Program-made: the position numbers and the translations under genes
Part shown: piece by piece, positions 22,650 through 33,053 of the stretch
How the letters are laid out: each line of letters begins with the position of its first letter
How positions within the stretch are numbered: the stretch's first letter is position 1
From: an uncultured Nitrososphaerales archaeon
GTDB lineage: Archaea; Thermoproteota; Nitrososphaeria; Nitrososphaerales; Nitrososphaeraceae
Assembly: GCA_963709405.1 (NCBI GenBank)
Contig: CAVPXM010000030.1
Location: forward strand, 32,001 to 96,000
DNA length: 64,000 nucleotides
Direction of reading: 5' to 3'
The notes under the pieces: model-generated
Seen by the model: only the letters and a program-made list of their open reading frames with translations
Told to the model about the DNA's origin: nothing
Databases searched by the model: none

Positions 22650-23468
22650 GAATCTATATGCCTATCACTATAATGAAAATGTTTGCCTTGATTTTTTCAT
22701 GCCACAGATCTAATTTCCATCCTAAAGGAAAATATTTCATGTCATCGATACTTTAGTTTGTATGCATATCATTATAGGGATTACAATAGTAAAATATGGT
22801 CGTGCAATAACAAAAGGTCTATTTGTGAGATGTTTCAAATGATCGATTTGGTCAAGCCTGATCGTATGCCAATTTGATTAAGTCTAAACTAAGCATATCT
22901 TGAATGAGATACTTCAACAAACGCGATTTTAATCTTGATTATCGAATTACATTCTTATAGTATTCTAGATTATCTGCTATTAAACGATGATAATAATGAT
23001 GGAGATTTAATGCTGTTTTACTGAACGAATGCTAAGGCTGGAATGGAGGGATTGGTATGGTTGGCGAGTATTGCTATCGCCCAATAGTTTCAAGACCAAG
23101 TAACAGTATTACCAGAAATTTCTGATGAAGTTTAGTATTTCGGCCGGACCTGTCCCTAGTATTCAATTGCCTCGATAGGATGAGTACTACGATATTGCAT
23201 ACAAATGACTATGTCGTCTACTGACCTTCGATGCTCTTATCGTTAATAAATCTTGTCTAATCCATAGTCGATTTACCTTTTGGAGGATTTCCTTACTAAG
23301 AAAAATCAATTATGTACAATCCTTTATCACTCGAATCCTAAAGTCTAGAATTAATTAGAATATAGATTACATTCGTTACTACCCCTTGTGCATGACACGT
23401 TACGGCTATGAATAATGATTTTTCTAATACCCTAAAATACTAATACTAACACGAGAAATTAAATTCAT

Positions 23469-24891
23469 ATGAATCTAGAGCAAAAGTTTTGCCAATTTAC
23501 CATTAAAGATTTATCAAAAAAAATAGAATCTTTAGAAATATTGCCAACAGAACTAATAGAATGTTATCTTACTAGAATTAAAAAATTAGATCGATTATTC
23601 AATACATTCATCACAGTATCTAACGAAAATGAAATTTATGAAGATGCCAAAAATGCGGAGAGGGAAATTAAACAGGGATACTATAGAGGGCCTCTTCACG
23701 GCATTCCTTTTTCTGTTAAAGATAATATCTTCACAAAAAATCTTAGATGCACTGCAGGCTCTAGGATACTATCCACCCACATACCGGAATACGATGCTAC
23801 TGTAGTCAAGAGGATGAAGAAATCAGGCGCAATTCTAATTGGCAAAAACAACTTAAATGAATTCGCATCTGGAATCACTGGTGTGAATCCATTTTATGGC
23901 AACACCAGAAACCCTTGGGATATATTGAGGATATCTGGTGGCTCGAGCGGAGGCTCAGCCTCAGCCGTATCAAGCGGAATGATTCCCATCTCATTAGGAA
24001 CAGACACTGGTGGTTCTATAAGAGTCCCATCTTCTTTGTGTGGGGTGGTTGGTTTAAAGCCTACATATGGTCTTGTGAGTAGACACGGTGTGATACCTCT
24101 TTCACCATCACTAGATCACGTTGGATTTATTTCTAAAAGTGCTTGGGATGTAGGCAGCGGCATTGGAATGCACTGCAGGGTGGGATCCTCTAGATCCGAC
24201 GACTTCCAAACATAAGAAAGAAGGTTACACGAAGATTATCGAAAAATCAACAGTCGAACAGATATCAGTTGGAATTCCAAGTAGCTATTTCATGAGCTAC
24301 TTTGATTTAGATGTCGAAAAATGCTTTTATGATTTTCTGGATTGATTGAGACCTATAGTGTCAAAAATATATGATATAAAATTGTCAAACACTGAAAGAT
24401 ATTTCGAAACTTGGAAAAAGATTAGGCTTGCAGAGGCATCAGAAATACATTTGCTTAGGTGGAATACACGATTGCAAGACTACAGTAGAGAGGTTAGAAA
24501 GATGCTAATTCAGGGTACAAGAGTAATGGCCTATGATTATCTAAATTCAAAAAAAATAATAGAAGAAATAAGAAAAGAATTTATGCGAACATTATCTTCG
24601 GAATGTTCTACCATTATCATAGTCCCTACCACTATAATTACTGCTCCATTATACTCTGAATTGATAACAATAAATGTCAATAACAAACTCTTCCAAACCA
24701 GAGAAGCTTTACTTAGAAACACAATTGTATTTAATAGTATAGGTTTGCCAGTCATTAGCATCCCTATTGGACTAACAAGTAAGAATTTACCTGTGGGGGC
24801 TCAAATGGTAGGCGCACAATTCAAAGAGGACAGTATCCTATCACTTGCTTATTCTTACGAAAAAGAGAATAATGATAAGTTGATGTTGTAG
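23469..24891 (+). pseudogene. Amidase-signature family enzyme (GatA-like) with a frameshift near 24153 and an in-frame TGA at 24343-24345
   Basis: GPLHGIPFSVKDN, GGSSGGS, LGTDTGGSIRVP and GLP.ISIP.G....LPVGAQ spread across three ORF pieces. Confidence 0.75.
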
Positions 24892-24892
24892 C

Positions 24893-25094
24893 GATAGAAG
24901 AGCAGCGTAAACGTGTAGCTGAATTATTAAGACGTGGAGATATGACAGAGACTCAAATTGCTGCCCTTCTAGGCTATGACTTGAGTACGATTTCAAAAGA
25001 TATCAAGTTCCTGAAAACTCAGGCCCAAAAATATATTTTTGATCTTGCACGTTTAGATTTAGCTTATTTCTATGTTTCAACAATTCAAGATTTA
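24893..25094 (+). pseudogene. HTH DNA-binding protein fragment, cut by an IS5 insertion
   Basis: IEEQRKRVAELLRRGDMTETQIAALLGYDLSTISKDIKFL; ends at the IS target duplication. Confidence 0.6.
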
Positions 25095-25988
25095 GAACCC
25101 ATCCCAAAAATAGAGACATATAGCTTGAGAGCGTTTTGTTCATAGGTGTGGCTTACAGTAGAGTCAAATGCCTTCCAACTGTCAAAAGAATCCCAGATGA
25201 GTTATGGGATGAGATAAGGTTTATACTTCCATCAGAAAAACCAGCGAATACCATAGGACGTCCGGCAGTATCATTTAGGAAGGTACTGGATTGCATTCTA
25301 TATGTCTTAAGAACTGGATGTCAATGGAAGATGTTGCCAAAGGAGTATGGGTCTGGTTCGACATGTCATAGACGATTCCAACAATGGTCCATATCTAAGA
25401 TATTTCAAAGATTGTGGACTAGACTGCTAAAAGTGTATGATGGTATAGTAGGCATTAGTTGGAGATGGCAATCACTTGATAGTATATCTGTAAAGGCACC
25501 TTTAGGGGGGAGATGACTGGGCCTAATCCTACAGCCAGAGGAAAGTTAGGAACAAAACGTCATGTATTAACTGATAGACAAGGTATTCCATTATCTGTTA
25601 TTATAACTGCGGCTAATACGCATGATATGAAGGCTGCTTTAAACACACTGGATAATATCGTAGTTCAAAGACCGTCTTCTAAGAAGTATAAAGAGAAACA
25701 GAACCTTTGTCTTGATAAGGGATATGACTTTCGGGAGATTGAAAACGAAGTTATCAAGAAAGGATACCTGACCAAATATTCGACATAGAGGAGAACAATC
25801 AGTAATAAAGGGTAGTAATCATCATCGTCATGCTAAAAGAAGATGGGTTGTAGAAAGAACCAACTCCTGGCATAACAAGTTCAGGAAATTTTTGGTTAGA
25901 TACGAAAAGAAGCTAGAAAGCTATTTTGCGTTAGTATGTTTAGGCTGTTGTATTGTTATCTACAGGAGGATAATTTTTGGATAGGCTC
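25095..25988 (+). mobile_element. IS5-family insertion sequence (894 bp) with intact ends and a damaged transposase
   Basis: Terminal IRs GAACCCATCCCAAAAA and TTTTTGGATAGGCTC; TTA target duplication at 25092-25094 and 25989-25991; ORFs with LRTGCQWKMLP..YGSGSTCHRRFQQW, LCLDKGYD and RWVVERTNSW; extra frameshift near 25770. Confidence 0.93.
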
Positions 25989-26286
25989 TTAATCCATAAC
26001 CATTCCGATAATCCGTGACGCTTAATAGTCTGTTCACTTAGGGTATCAATTAACAAAATAAAGAATGTACGTTAACTCATTTCGTTACGATCTAAGATCA
26101 CATGGTAGTTCATTAAAAAATCAATAAATGATATCAAAAATCCGGTTTTCTAACTCTATTAATGATCTAGAAAACTTGCCAAAATTATGGGATCGATTAA
26201 TGCATGCCCTACTGACTATGAATTTAATTTGTGTATCTCTTCAGTACCGAAGGTTACTGTATTTGAAACAAATATAATTGGATATA

Positions 26287-26820
26287 CTAAATAAGAAAAT
26301 ACGAACTAATTGTTACTACTATTAGTGCAACGTTCGTGGCAAAATGTAACATGTATGCGTGATTAATACTATATTTATCATAGATGTATTTGTAAAAGAA
26401 TCCGAGCGGTAGCAATATGAGTACTACGCTAAGTGATACTCCCATGAGTATATGCAAAAACCCCCATATCACTACACGCTTCGAGTTCGTTCTGAAATAA
26501 TACTCTTCAAAGTAATTTACATGAATCAACATGTATAAAAGTAGCGGTAGGAATGGAATTACGCCAATAACGCCATGTTGCGCCAAGGGACCTACAGCTA
26601 TATTGTAGCCAAGCCACGAGAGACTTAGTATCGGGATACGGGATATGAAAGGCATCACGAAGAATACGTAGCTTAATAATACTGACACAGTTATAGGTAG
26701 TAACACAAGTATTCTAATTCCAGAACGCAAATTCGAAATTCTCATTCTTGTTTCCTTGACGACTAACAATGAAGGTATCACAAGAGCTACGTAAATTATT
26801 ATTATGTAAATGTCTTGCAA
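26287..26820 (-). CDS. Membrane protein, CPBP/Abi intramembrane protease-like
   Basis: Multiple TM helices with EE...R (FEEYYFR), WGFLH and H...N (LHFATN) motifs. Confidence 0.6.
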   Translation of the reverse strand: MQDIYIIIIYVALVIPSLLVVKETRMRISNLRSGIRILVLLPITVSVLLSYVFFVMPFISRIPILSLSWLGYNIAVGPLAQHGVIGVIPFLPLLLYMLIHVNYFEEYYFRTNSKRVVIWGFLHILMGVSLSVVLILLPLGFFYKYIYDKYSINHAYMLHFATNVALIVVTISSYFLI

Positions 26821-27090
26821 TTAATAGCCTTGATCATTGTCCCTAGTTGACCATATTAATTTAAGCCAATATATAGCGAAATTATCTAATTTATGAGCAA
26901 GCTTTTTGTAGATGTGAAGTATTCACCTGCTTGGCCAACATCGAGACTTGTTTTTAAGTCTAACGACTGGTATGTGCAACAAGATTTGTGAGCTAGATAG
27001 TATGTCAATCCCATAAAATGAAAAAGATCGTTCGAACATAAGGCGTAACTAGGAATGAATCGATTATTCGTTTCCTGTGGTTATTGCAAC

Positions 27091-27504
27091 CTAAAAAATA
27101 TAATGCATTCGTTGATGTATCATCATTTGTTCATGACTTTGAAATGGCGTTCCACAATGAGCACACATAAATATACCAATCTCTTCAATATCCCCAGATT
27201 TTAAGATTGCAATTTCGCTCTCGTCCATCGTATTTTCTACAACAATATACTCCTCTATGCGACTCTTTGAGAGGATGCCGACTAAAATCTTGATTATTTT
27301 TTCTCTATCCTCCTGAGGTAACATTAAACAAACAAGATCGTCATTCTTATCATAATGGTTATCCCTGGGGAGCGAAGCAAATTCTTGATTGTTCAAGATA
27401 ATGGACCTTAGGGTAACAGGAAGATGTGATATATCGATCTTGATAACCACGTCTCTCCATCCTCCTGATAACTGATTTAAACTTATCATATATAGAATCC
27501 TCAT
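27091..27504 (-). CDS. Hypothetical protein with a C-terminal C2H2 zinc finger
   Basis: CAHCGTPFQSHEQMMIHQRMH. Confidence 0.75.
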   Translation of the reverse strand: MRILYMISLNQLSGGWRDVVIKIDISHLPVTLRSIILNNQEFASLPRDNHYDKNDDLVCLMLPQEDREKIIKILVGILSKSRIEEYIVVENTMDESEIAILKSGDIEEIGIFMCAHCGTPFQSHEQMMIHQRMHYIF

Positions 27505-27827
27505 AACAACAACTGTGTCTAAGACAACTATGACGTATTATTAGCAGGATAAATTGTTAAATCCCTCTGTCCCAGAATTATACATGCAATTCGTTCAAAT
27601 CAGATTCACAGTGAAAAGGAAAAGACGGTCCGGACGTGATTTTATTTAACTAACCAGGTACTCTTTCATATGAAATAACACTAAAAGATCGCTTGGGCTC
27701 ATTCTACGCAACAAGTCAAGGTATAGGTGTGTTGCAAACCAAATCAATATAACATTATTCCTTCAAAGCAAGGGCTAAGTATGGTTTTAAATGGCATTTA
27801 TACCCAATTAATGGCATAGTTTATATT

Positions 27828-28415
27828 ATGGATAACAAGACTAAAAGTATGTCATCAAAGAAAGAAGAGAGAAAGGAAGTGCCTTCAAGATCGTTTTCGG
27901 AGGTCCCTGAATTGACAACTGCGGAAGAACATTTTGCAGAATACCGTGATAACATTAACAAAGCATTAGACGAAACCAAGGCTAATATTAAAAAATCAAT
28001 AGATGAAACAAGAACTCAAATCCCTCGTTATACTAATGCAATTAATGAATATCAGGAACAGGTCTTTCAAACAGCTAAGGAAATAGCAGATAACTATGTG
28101 GATTCTCAACGGGAAATCATCGTCTCGTCAGAGTCGACCTTGAGTCCATATATCGAAGGTGCTCAAAGAATCGCCAATTATTGGACACCATCACCTAGGG
28201 CATTGGCTGGGGCATATGTAGGGGCAGTGAGTAACTATGCTGATAATATCATTACTACGACAAGACTCGTCAACAACATGATGTTTGCGAATGTAGAGGC
28301 CTGTAAAACAACTTTACAGCAAGCAGCTGACAATTCGAAGGAATTATTAAAAGTGGGTATCAATACCGCAAGGACTGTTTTTGTTGCTTCGATGCTATTT
28401 CAAATACAAGAATAA
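27828..28415 (+). CDS. All-helical hypothetical protein (possibly phasin-like)
   Basis: 195-aa amphipathic-helix ORF (NKALDETKANIKKSIDETRTQIPRY...). Confidence 0.6.
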   Translation: MDNKTKSMSSKKEERKEVPSRSFSEVPELTTAEEHFAEYRDNINKALDETKANIKKSIDETRTQIPRYTNAINEYQEQVFQTAKEIADNYVDSQREIIVSSESTLSPYIEGAQRIANYWTPSPRALAGAYVGAVSNYADNIITTTRLVNNMMFANVEACKTTLQQAADNSKELLKVGINTARTVFVASMLFQIQE

Positions 28416-28614
28416 TTCTATTAACCTGGATACGTGGTCTGATTCCAAAGATGATAATGGTTTGGATTTAAAAATTTCAAGTATCACAAGTATGAATTGC
28501 CAGAAATTGCTGAAGATATTTCACAATAAAGGAAAATCTAATGCTTTGTATCATAAGAGTCATTTTTGCTTTAAGTAATATTCATGAATATTATCTCATA
28601 ATTGCTTCTCAGTA

Positions 28615-29350
28615 TCATGAAACGCACCTTTGATCGATATTGGACCAATATCTTGAAACGGTAATATCTGAGATATTTGCGCTCTCCGACCTAGTCTCAC
28701 AAATATCTGCAAGTTCACATTGATTGTCCTCAGGATATGCACACATATGGGAGTCTCCATATATCCCATCAAACTCCGGATTAGTCACTATTTCGACGAT
28801 CTCATGGGTGCAAGTCAAGGTTATTTGGCTTAGTTGATTAAAATTAATGACATAGCCAAATGGTACTCTAACCGTAATTTGAGCATCGCCACTACGTAAT
28901 TTACACTTGAAAAAATCATGTCCACCATCGACGAATTCTGGAATTTCACCTTTCAGTGTCATATCTTCTGCAGGTATTAAGATATAAGCAGTATCATGCT
29001 CGTAAGATAGCGTTCCATCTAGTATTAGATCCATTATTGCTTCATGCATATGGCGATCTGTAAACAAACGCGGAGCTTTGGATACAGTATTAGTCACTGC
29101 TTTGAGCAAAAACGGACTATGGATGTTTCTATATTGATTAAGTTTTTCAAAATAATCGCTATCAAATATTTTGCGAAGTGCATCTTTTATTTGTCTCCTA
29201 AAGATCCCTCTAGTAGGGCTAGTATCCCACTTGGTTCCCCAAAAATGATTTGTATCCTTGAATTTTCCAACACCCTGCCTCGATGATCCCTAACATAATG
29301 CTTTAGATGGGACTTGAAGATCAATAGGTTATCAGATTTGAGATTATGGG
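28615..29350 (-). pseudogene. Hypothetical protein with HE..E..TNP / E.AD.C motifs (Phi-1/EXORDIUM-like), frameshifted near 29238
   Basis: Upstream frame GRVLENSRIQIIF(W)G joins ORF 28615-29109 (THEIVEIVTNPEFDG...ELADICE) across a homopolymer. Confidence 0.45.
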
Positions 29351-29484
29351 CTTTATGGTAATAAAGCTAATTATCTTATATAATCAAGGATAGGACTGAA
29401 ATCATGTTTCTAATTCAACCCGTAACCATAGATCTTAACTACCCTTCTTTGCCAATAAATTTGGCATATTTGAAATGCTAGAGT

Positions 29485-30384
29485 CTACATTAGGTAGTTA
29501 GAAATTAATAGTTCTGTATGCCCCATACGCCTTAATGCATTCGAATTAATAGCTCTTAAAGTATTAACTTTTTTTATATTTTCAAAGTCATAATATAATT
29601 CTTTGACCAATGAGGTGTAGGAATTGCTAAGAAGGACCATACATTTTCTATCGTCGAGTTTCTTAAACAATCGTGCAAGCTCATATTGATCTTCATCCGT
29701 AAAACCGTTATCCGTATATCTCGTAAAGTTAGCAGTTCTGCTCATGGGGTCATATGGCGGATCTAGATAAATAAAGTCGCCCTCTCTTGCATTTTCGAGC
29801 AGTATTCGTTTATAATCGCCCAGTTCTATATGAATCTGTGATCCTTGAAGAACTTTACTAATGTTTCGAAGGTTCCCTTGATCGCATATACATGGATTTT
29901 TGTATCTACCCATAGGAACATTGAATTTACCCTGTCTGTTTACTCGATAGAGACCGTTGTAACATGTTTTGTTAAGTGTGATAAATCTTGCAGCCCTTTC
30001 GATGACATTCCTCTTGAGTGGAATAGCATCATCACGTAGAGAATAATAAAACTTAGCAGGAGATTTCTTATAGTCCTCTTCGTAGATGATTAAAATCTCA
30101 ATTAACCTCTCAACATTTGACTTCACGACGATATACGCATTAATTAGTTCTTCATTTAAATCTGATAGGAATGCGTCAAAATGAATATTATTTTTATTGA
30201 TCGTATGCAAGAATACGGCGCCGCCACCCAGAAAAGGTTCGAAGTATCTTCTGAAGTATGTTGGAATGAAGGTATCTATTCTAGATAGTAGTTGCGACTT
30301 TCCTCCAGCCCATTTTACGAATGGATACATTTTGTTGAAGTTTATAGGTAAAGCCTCAATTGATTGATCCATATTTTGGCCCAC
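29485..30384 (-). CDS. Dam/D12-class DNA adenine methyltransferase
   Basis: PFVKWAGGK, EPFLGGGAVF, LNKTCYNGLYRVN..GKFNVPMG and YLDPPY. Confidence 0.93.
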   Translation of the reverse strand: MGQNMDQSIEALPINFNKMYPFVKWAGGKSQLLSRIDTFIPTYFRRYFEPFLGGGAVFLHTINKNNIHFDAFLSDLNEELINAYIVVKSNVERLIEILIIYEEDYKKSPAKFYYSLRDDAIPLKRNVIERAARFITLNKTCYNGLYRVNRQGKFNVPMGRYKNPCICDQGNLRNISKVLQGSQIHIELGDYKRILLENAREGDFIYLDPPYDPMSRTANFTRYTDNGFTDEDQYELARLFKKLDDRKCMVLLSNSYTSLVKELYYDFENIKKVNTLRAINSNALRRMGHTELLISNYLM

Positions 30385-30817
30385 TATCTAACCCATTCAC
30401 CCTATTTTAGGTTTTTATTTATTTTTTATACTGACTTGTAGTTCAATGAAGTAACCTATAACTCGTGACATTCGCTCATTCGCCTCTACTGGAGAAAAAC
30501 AAAACATTCATTAGCCAGATTCTATCGAAACTGCTTCTTCCATGTCTGAACCCTTGCTGCTACGGAGGCTACTTATCTAAAAGCAGTTTTAAAATGTTTC
30601 AATCAGTAGACGTGTACGGTGTTGATACCGCCTACAATTAGCTGGTCTTCGGAAGTATTGCTAACTTAGTAAAACAAGTGGATAGTAATCGAAGGATATG
30701 TGTTTGTATATCAAACCAATCCTCAGATCACTATTCGCTTCATGGTGCTTCGAGAACCACCAAAGGATGTCTTTAAGCTTGTGTTAGATACGTGGGTGCC
30801 GTGGAATGGTTCTACGC

Positions 30818-31171
30818 TCACTTTGATAATAATCTTCTAGCCGTATCTATTAATTTTGAATGATCTGCCTGGACTTCGGTAGTGATATATAGAATGTGAT
30901 CGTCGCCCAAGGGCATAGTAATTCGCTTAATCTTTTCATATTCTGCCAAAACATATCTTCCTTTTCCAATCTTTGGTGCGAGTGCGCTTCGTGTTTTCCA
31001 AGAATTTACGGCTAATTCAAGTGATTTTTTACTCTCTTCTGGTGTAAGTAGATTCTTGACACCTTCACGATGGCTAGAATACATTATATTTCCATTTTGG
31101 TCACATACTGTTACTAGTCTTATATGAGGATCGCTCTTCATGAGTTCTTCATAAATATGTTTATAATCCAT
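30818..31171 (-). CDS. Small roadblock/profilin-like hypothetical protein of a Nitrososphaerota-expanded family
   Basis: DPHIRLVTVCDQNG...REGVKNLL...KIGKGRYVLAEYEKIKRITMP. Confidence 0.7.
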   Translation of the reverse strand: MDYKHIYEELMKSDPHIRLVTVCDQNGNIMYSSHREGVKNLLTPEESKKSLELAVNSWKTRSALAPKIGKGRYVLAEYEKIKRITMPLGDDHILYITTEVQADHSKLIDTARRLLSK

Positions 31172-31184
31172 TACTCACTAATAA

Positions 31185-31661
31185 CTAACCGTCATATAAT
31201 AATATATTGCGACTTACTGGCTCATCATTGCTGGAACTAAGCAATGTTATATCTGGAATCGTCATTAATAATTTAGCGATCTCATCTTCTTTAGCAAGCA
31301 GCAGTATCTTCTTAGATACTGTACTAACTTCATCATTCAACGATCTAATAACACGAAGGCAGCCATTAATTCTATAATCATCATGTCCTTCCAGTTTATC
31401 CATATCTCTTTTGGTAAATGTACTGGTACGATCGACATCGGAGGCATCTATACCCTTCATAAGCGTAATGCTATGTACCTTATTCTTTAGTTTAGTTCTC
31501 ATTCTTACAAGTGCGGCTCTATGCCTAACAATGTCTCGTAGTTCCATTATTCTCTTGTTTGGAACATAGCATTAAGCTATGTATCCTCCTCTCAGTAGAT
31601 CAGCTAGTTTAACCGCATCAAGTTTGTCAGTCTTTATTTTAGCTGAGGCAATACTCTTGTC
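31185..31661 (-). mobile_element. IS110-family transposase remnant
   Basis: KIKTDKLDAVKLADLLRGG, ELRDIVRHRAALVRMRTKLKNKVH and LLMTIP; internal stop, truncated at both ends. Confidence 0.85.
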
Positions 31662-31664
31662 TTA

Positions 31665-31679
31665 GAACCTATCCGAAAA
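31665..31679 (+). mobile_element. Solo IS5-type terminal inverted repeat (GAACCTATCCGAAAA) preceded by TTA
   Basis: 14/15 identical to the IS end at 31973-31987 and similar to the ends of the IS at 25095-25988. Confidence 0.7.
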
Positions 31680-31688
31680 GTAGTGGAG

Positions 31689-31972
31689 GTTGTAATTTGA
31701 CTGATATAGGATTGAAACACTCTTCATCTCAGATTGTAGGTGTGTATGTTATTGCGTTGTAATTTGAGTAATATAGGATTGAAACAACGACTAGGCGGTG
31801 TTCAAGCGTTCCCGCCTAGATGGTTGTAATTTGAGTAATATAGGATTGAAACAACGACTAGGCGGTGCACGCCAATCCCCGCCTAGATGGTTGTAATTTG
31901 AGTAATATAGGATTGAAACTTAATACATGCATACTAGGTATAGGTATGGATAAACAGTTGTAATTTGACTAA
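31689..31972 (+). CRISPR. Orphan CRISPR mini-array: 4 full 30-bp repeats, 1 truncated repeat and 4 spacers of 37 nt
   Basis: Repeat GTTGTAATTTGAGTAATATAGGATTGAAAC at 31689 (variant), 31756, 31823 and 31890, partial at 31957-31972; typical ATTGAAAC 3' end; no cas genes in the window. Confidence 0.95.
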
Positions 31973-32610
31973 GAACGTATCCGAAAATTCCAACTCTTCT
32001 GTAAGTGATCCAAGCACAAGCAAAATGTAACATCGCAATATGGTTCTCTACCTTTATCTCCCATCTAATTAACAAGCGTCTAAACCGGTTCATCCAAGAA
32101 TCAGTCCTTTCAACGACCCATCGTCTAGCTCTATATCTAGGTAATTTTGCTCTTTTTATGTTGCTTCTTTCTTCTGCTCTTAATCGGATGTGAATTGTAT
32201 AACCTTACTCTTCTTCAAGTAATTCGTATACTTCAGGAGAGTTATAACCCTTGTCAAGGCACATGTGCTGCTTTGATCTGATTGTTGGTTCAGGTCTATA
32301 GATTACTACTATACTCTGAAGTGGTGCTTTACTCAGTTTCATATCATGTCTGTTAGCACCATCTACGGATACACCAATAGGAACTCCTTTACCATCTACC
32401 AAGATACTACGGTTTGTACCTGATTTACTTCTGTCTGTGTGAGGGATTTGGTCCTGTACTTTTTTCCCTCAAGAGGTGTTTTTGTAATAACACCGCCATC
32501 CATAGCCTGCCATTTCCAATCTATTCTATTATTTTAATCATATACCGACAATCCATCGATCCACATGCGTTTGAATACACCTTCTTTCCTCCACTCTTGG
32601 AATCTATCTT
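31973..32610 (-). mobile_element. IS5-family remnant inserted in the fifth CRISPR repeat; its other end is missing
   Basis: TIR GAACGTATCCGAAAA after TAA; broken frames RFQEWRKEGVF, WKWQAMDG, VDGKGVPIG..ANRHD, MCLDKGY and RRWVVERTDSWMNRFRRL. Confidence 0.88.
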
Positions 32611-32723
32611 CATATCGACTAATATGTTTCTATCTATGAATATCATCAATTTGTAGATTCGACAGACAGATATGTTTATGAGTTCATCCCAAGTCCTGAA
32701 TGCTTTACTATCCATAGAATCAG

Positions 32724-33053
32724 CTAGTCATGAGTAAGTTTGAGGAATTTTAATAACTCTGATTTATGTATCTCGGGATCTTCGTACTTCATGTGATGCT
32801 CTATCGATTCCAGATGGACGTTCTTTACGTCTGGATGTAATCTACAGTAAAAGTATCCCTGCTCTATGGCAATTACAGGATAACATGGGCTTTGGTCTAA
32901 ATTATGTTCCTGGGATGCAGTATATGATATATTTGGATCATCATAAAAGAAACCGTTTATTGAGCTGAGACTAGTAGTATCTTCTATACGTATAGCTGAA
33001 TCCGTTAATAACGGGGAACATGAGCAGATGCGCTCCTTCAGCATCCCCGTCAT
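32724..33053 (-). CDS. Hypothetical protein or fragment with a CxxH...HH metal-binding motif
   Basis: YFYCRLHPDVKNVHLESIEHHMKYEDPEIHK; a degenerate second copy lies at about 34150-34280. Confidence 0.5.
   Translation of the reverse strand: MTGMLKERICSCSPLLTDSAIRIEDTTSLSSINGFFYDDPNISYTASQEHNLDQSPCYPVIAIEQGYFYCRLHPDVKNVHLESIEHHMKYEDPEIHKSELLKFLKLTHD

Noticed and set aside
30606-30635. GTAGACGTGTACGGTGTTGATACCGCCTAC, sharing CGGTGTT and CCGCCTA with spacer 2
   Set aside because: The stem is imperfect and the match is too short to separate from chance by eye.
31786-31889. Reading the hairpin spacers as a TIGR array or an IS110 bridge RNA because an IS110 remnant is adjacent
   Set aside because: There are no box C/D motifs and no two-guide layout, the repeats are typical CRISPR repeats, and the IS110 gene is cut by the array region rather than linked to it.
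31719-31956. Self-targeting by spacers 1 and 4
   Set aside because: I saw no matching sequence in this window; a proper search is needed.
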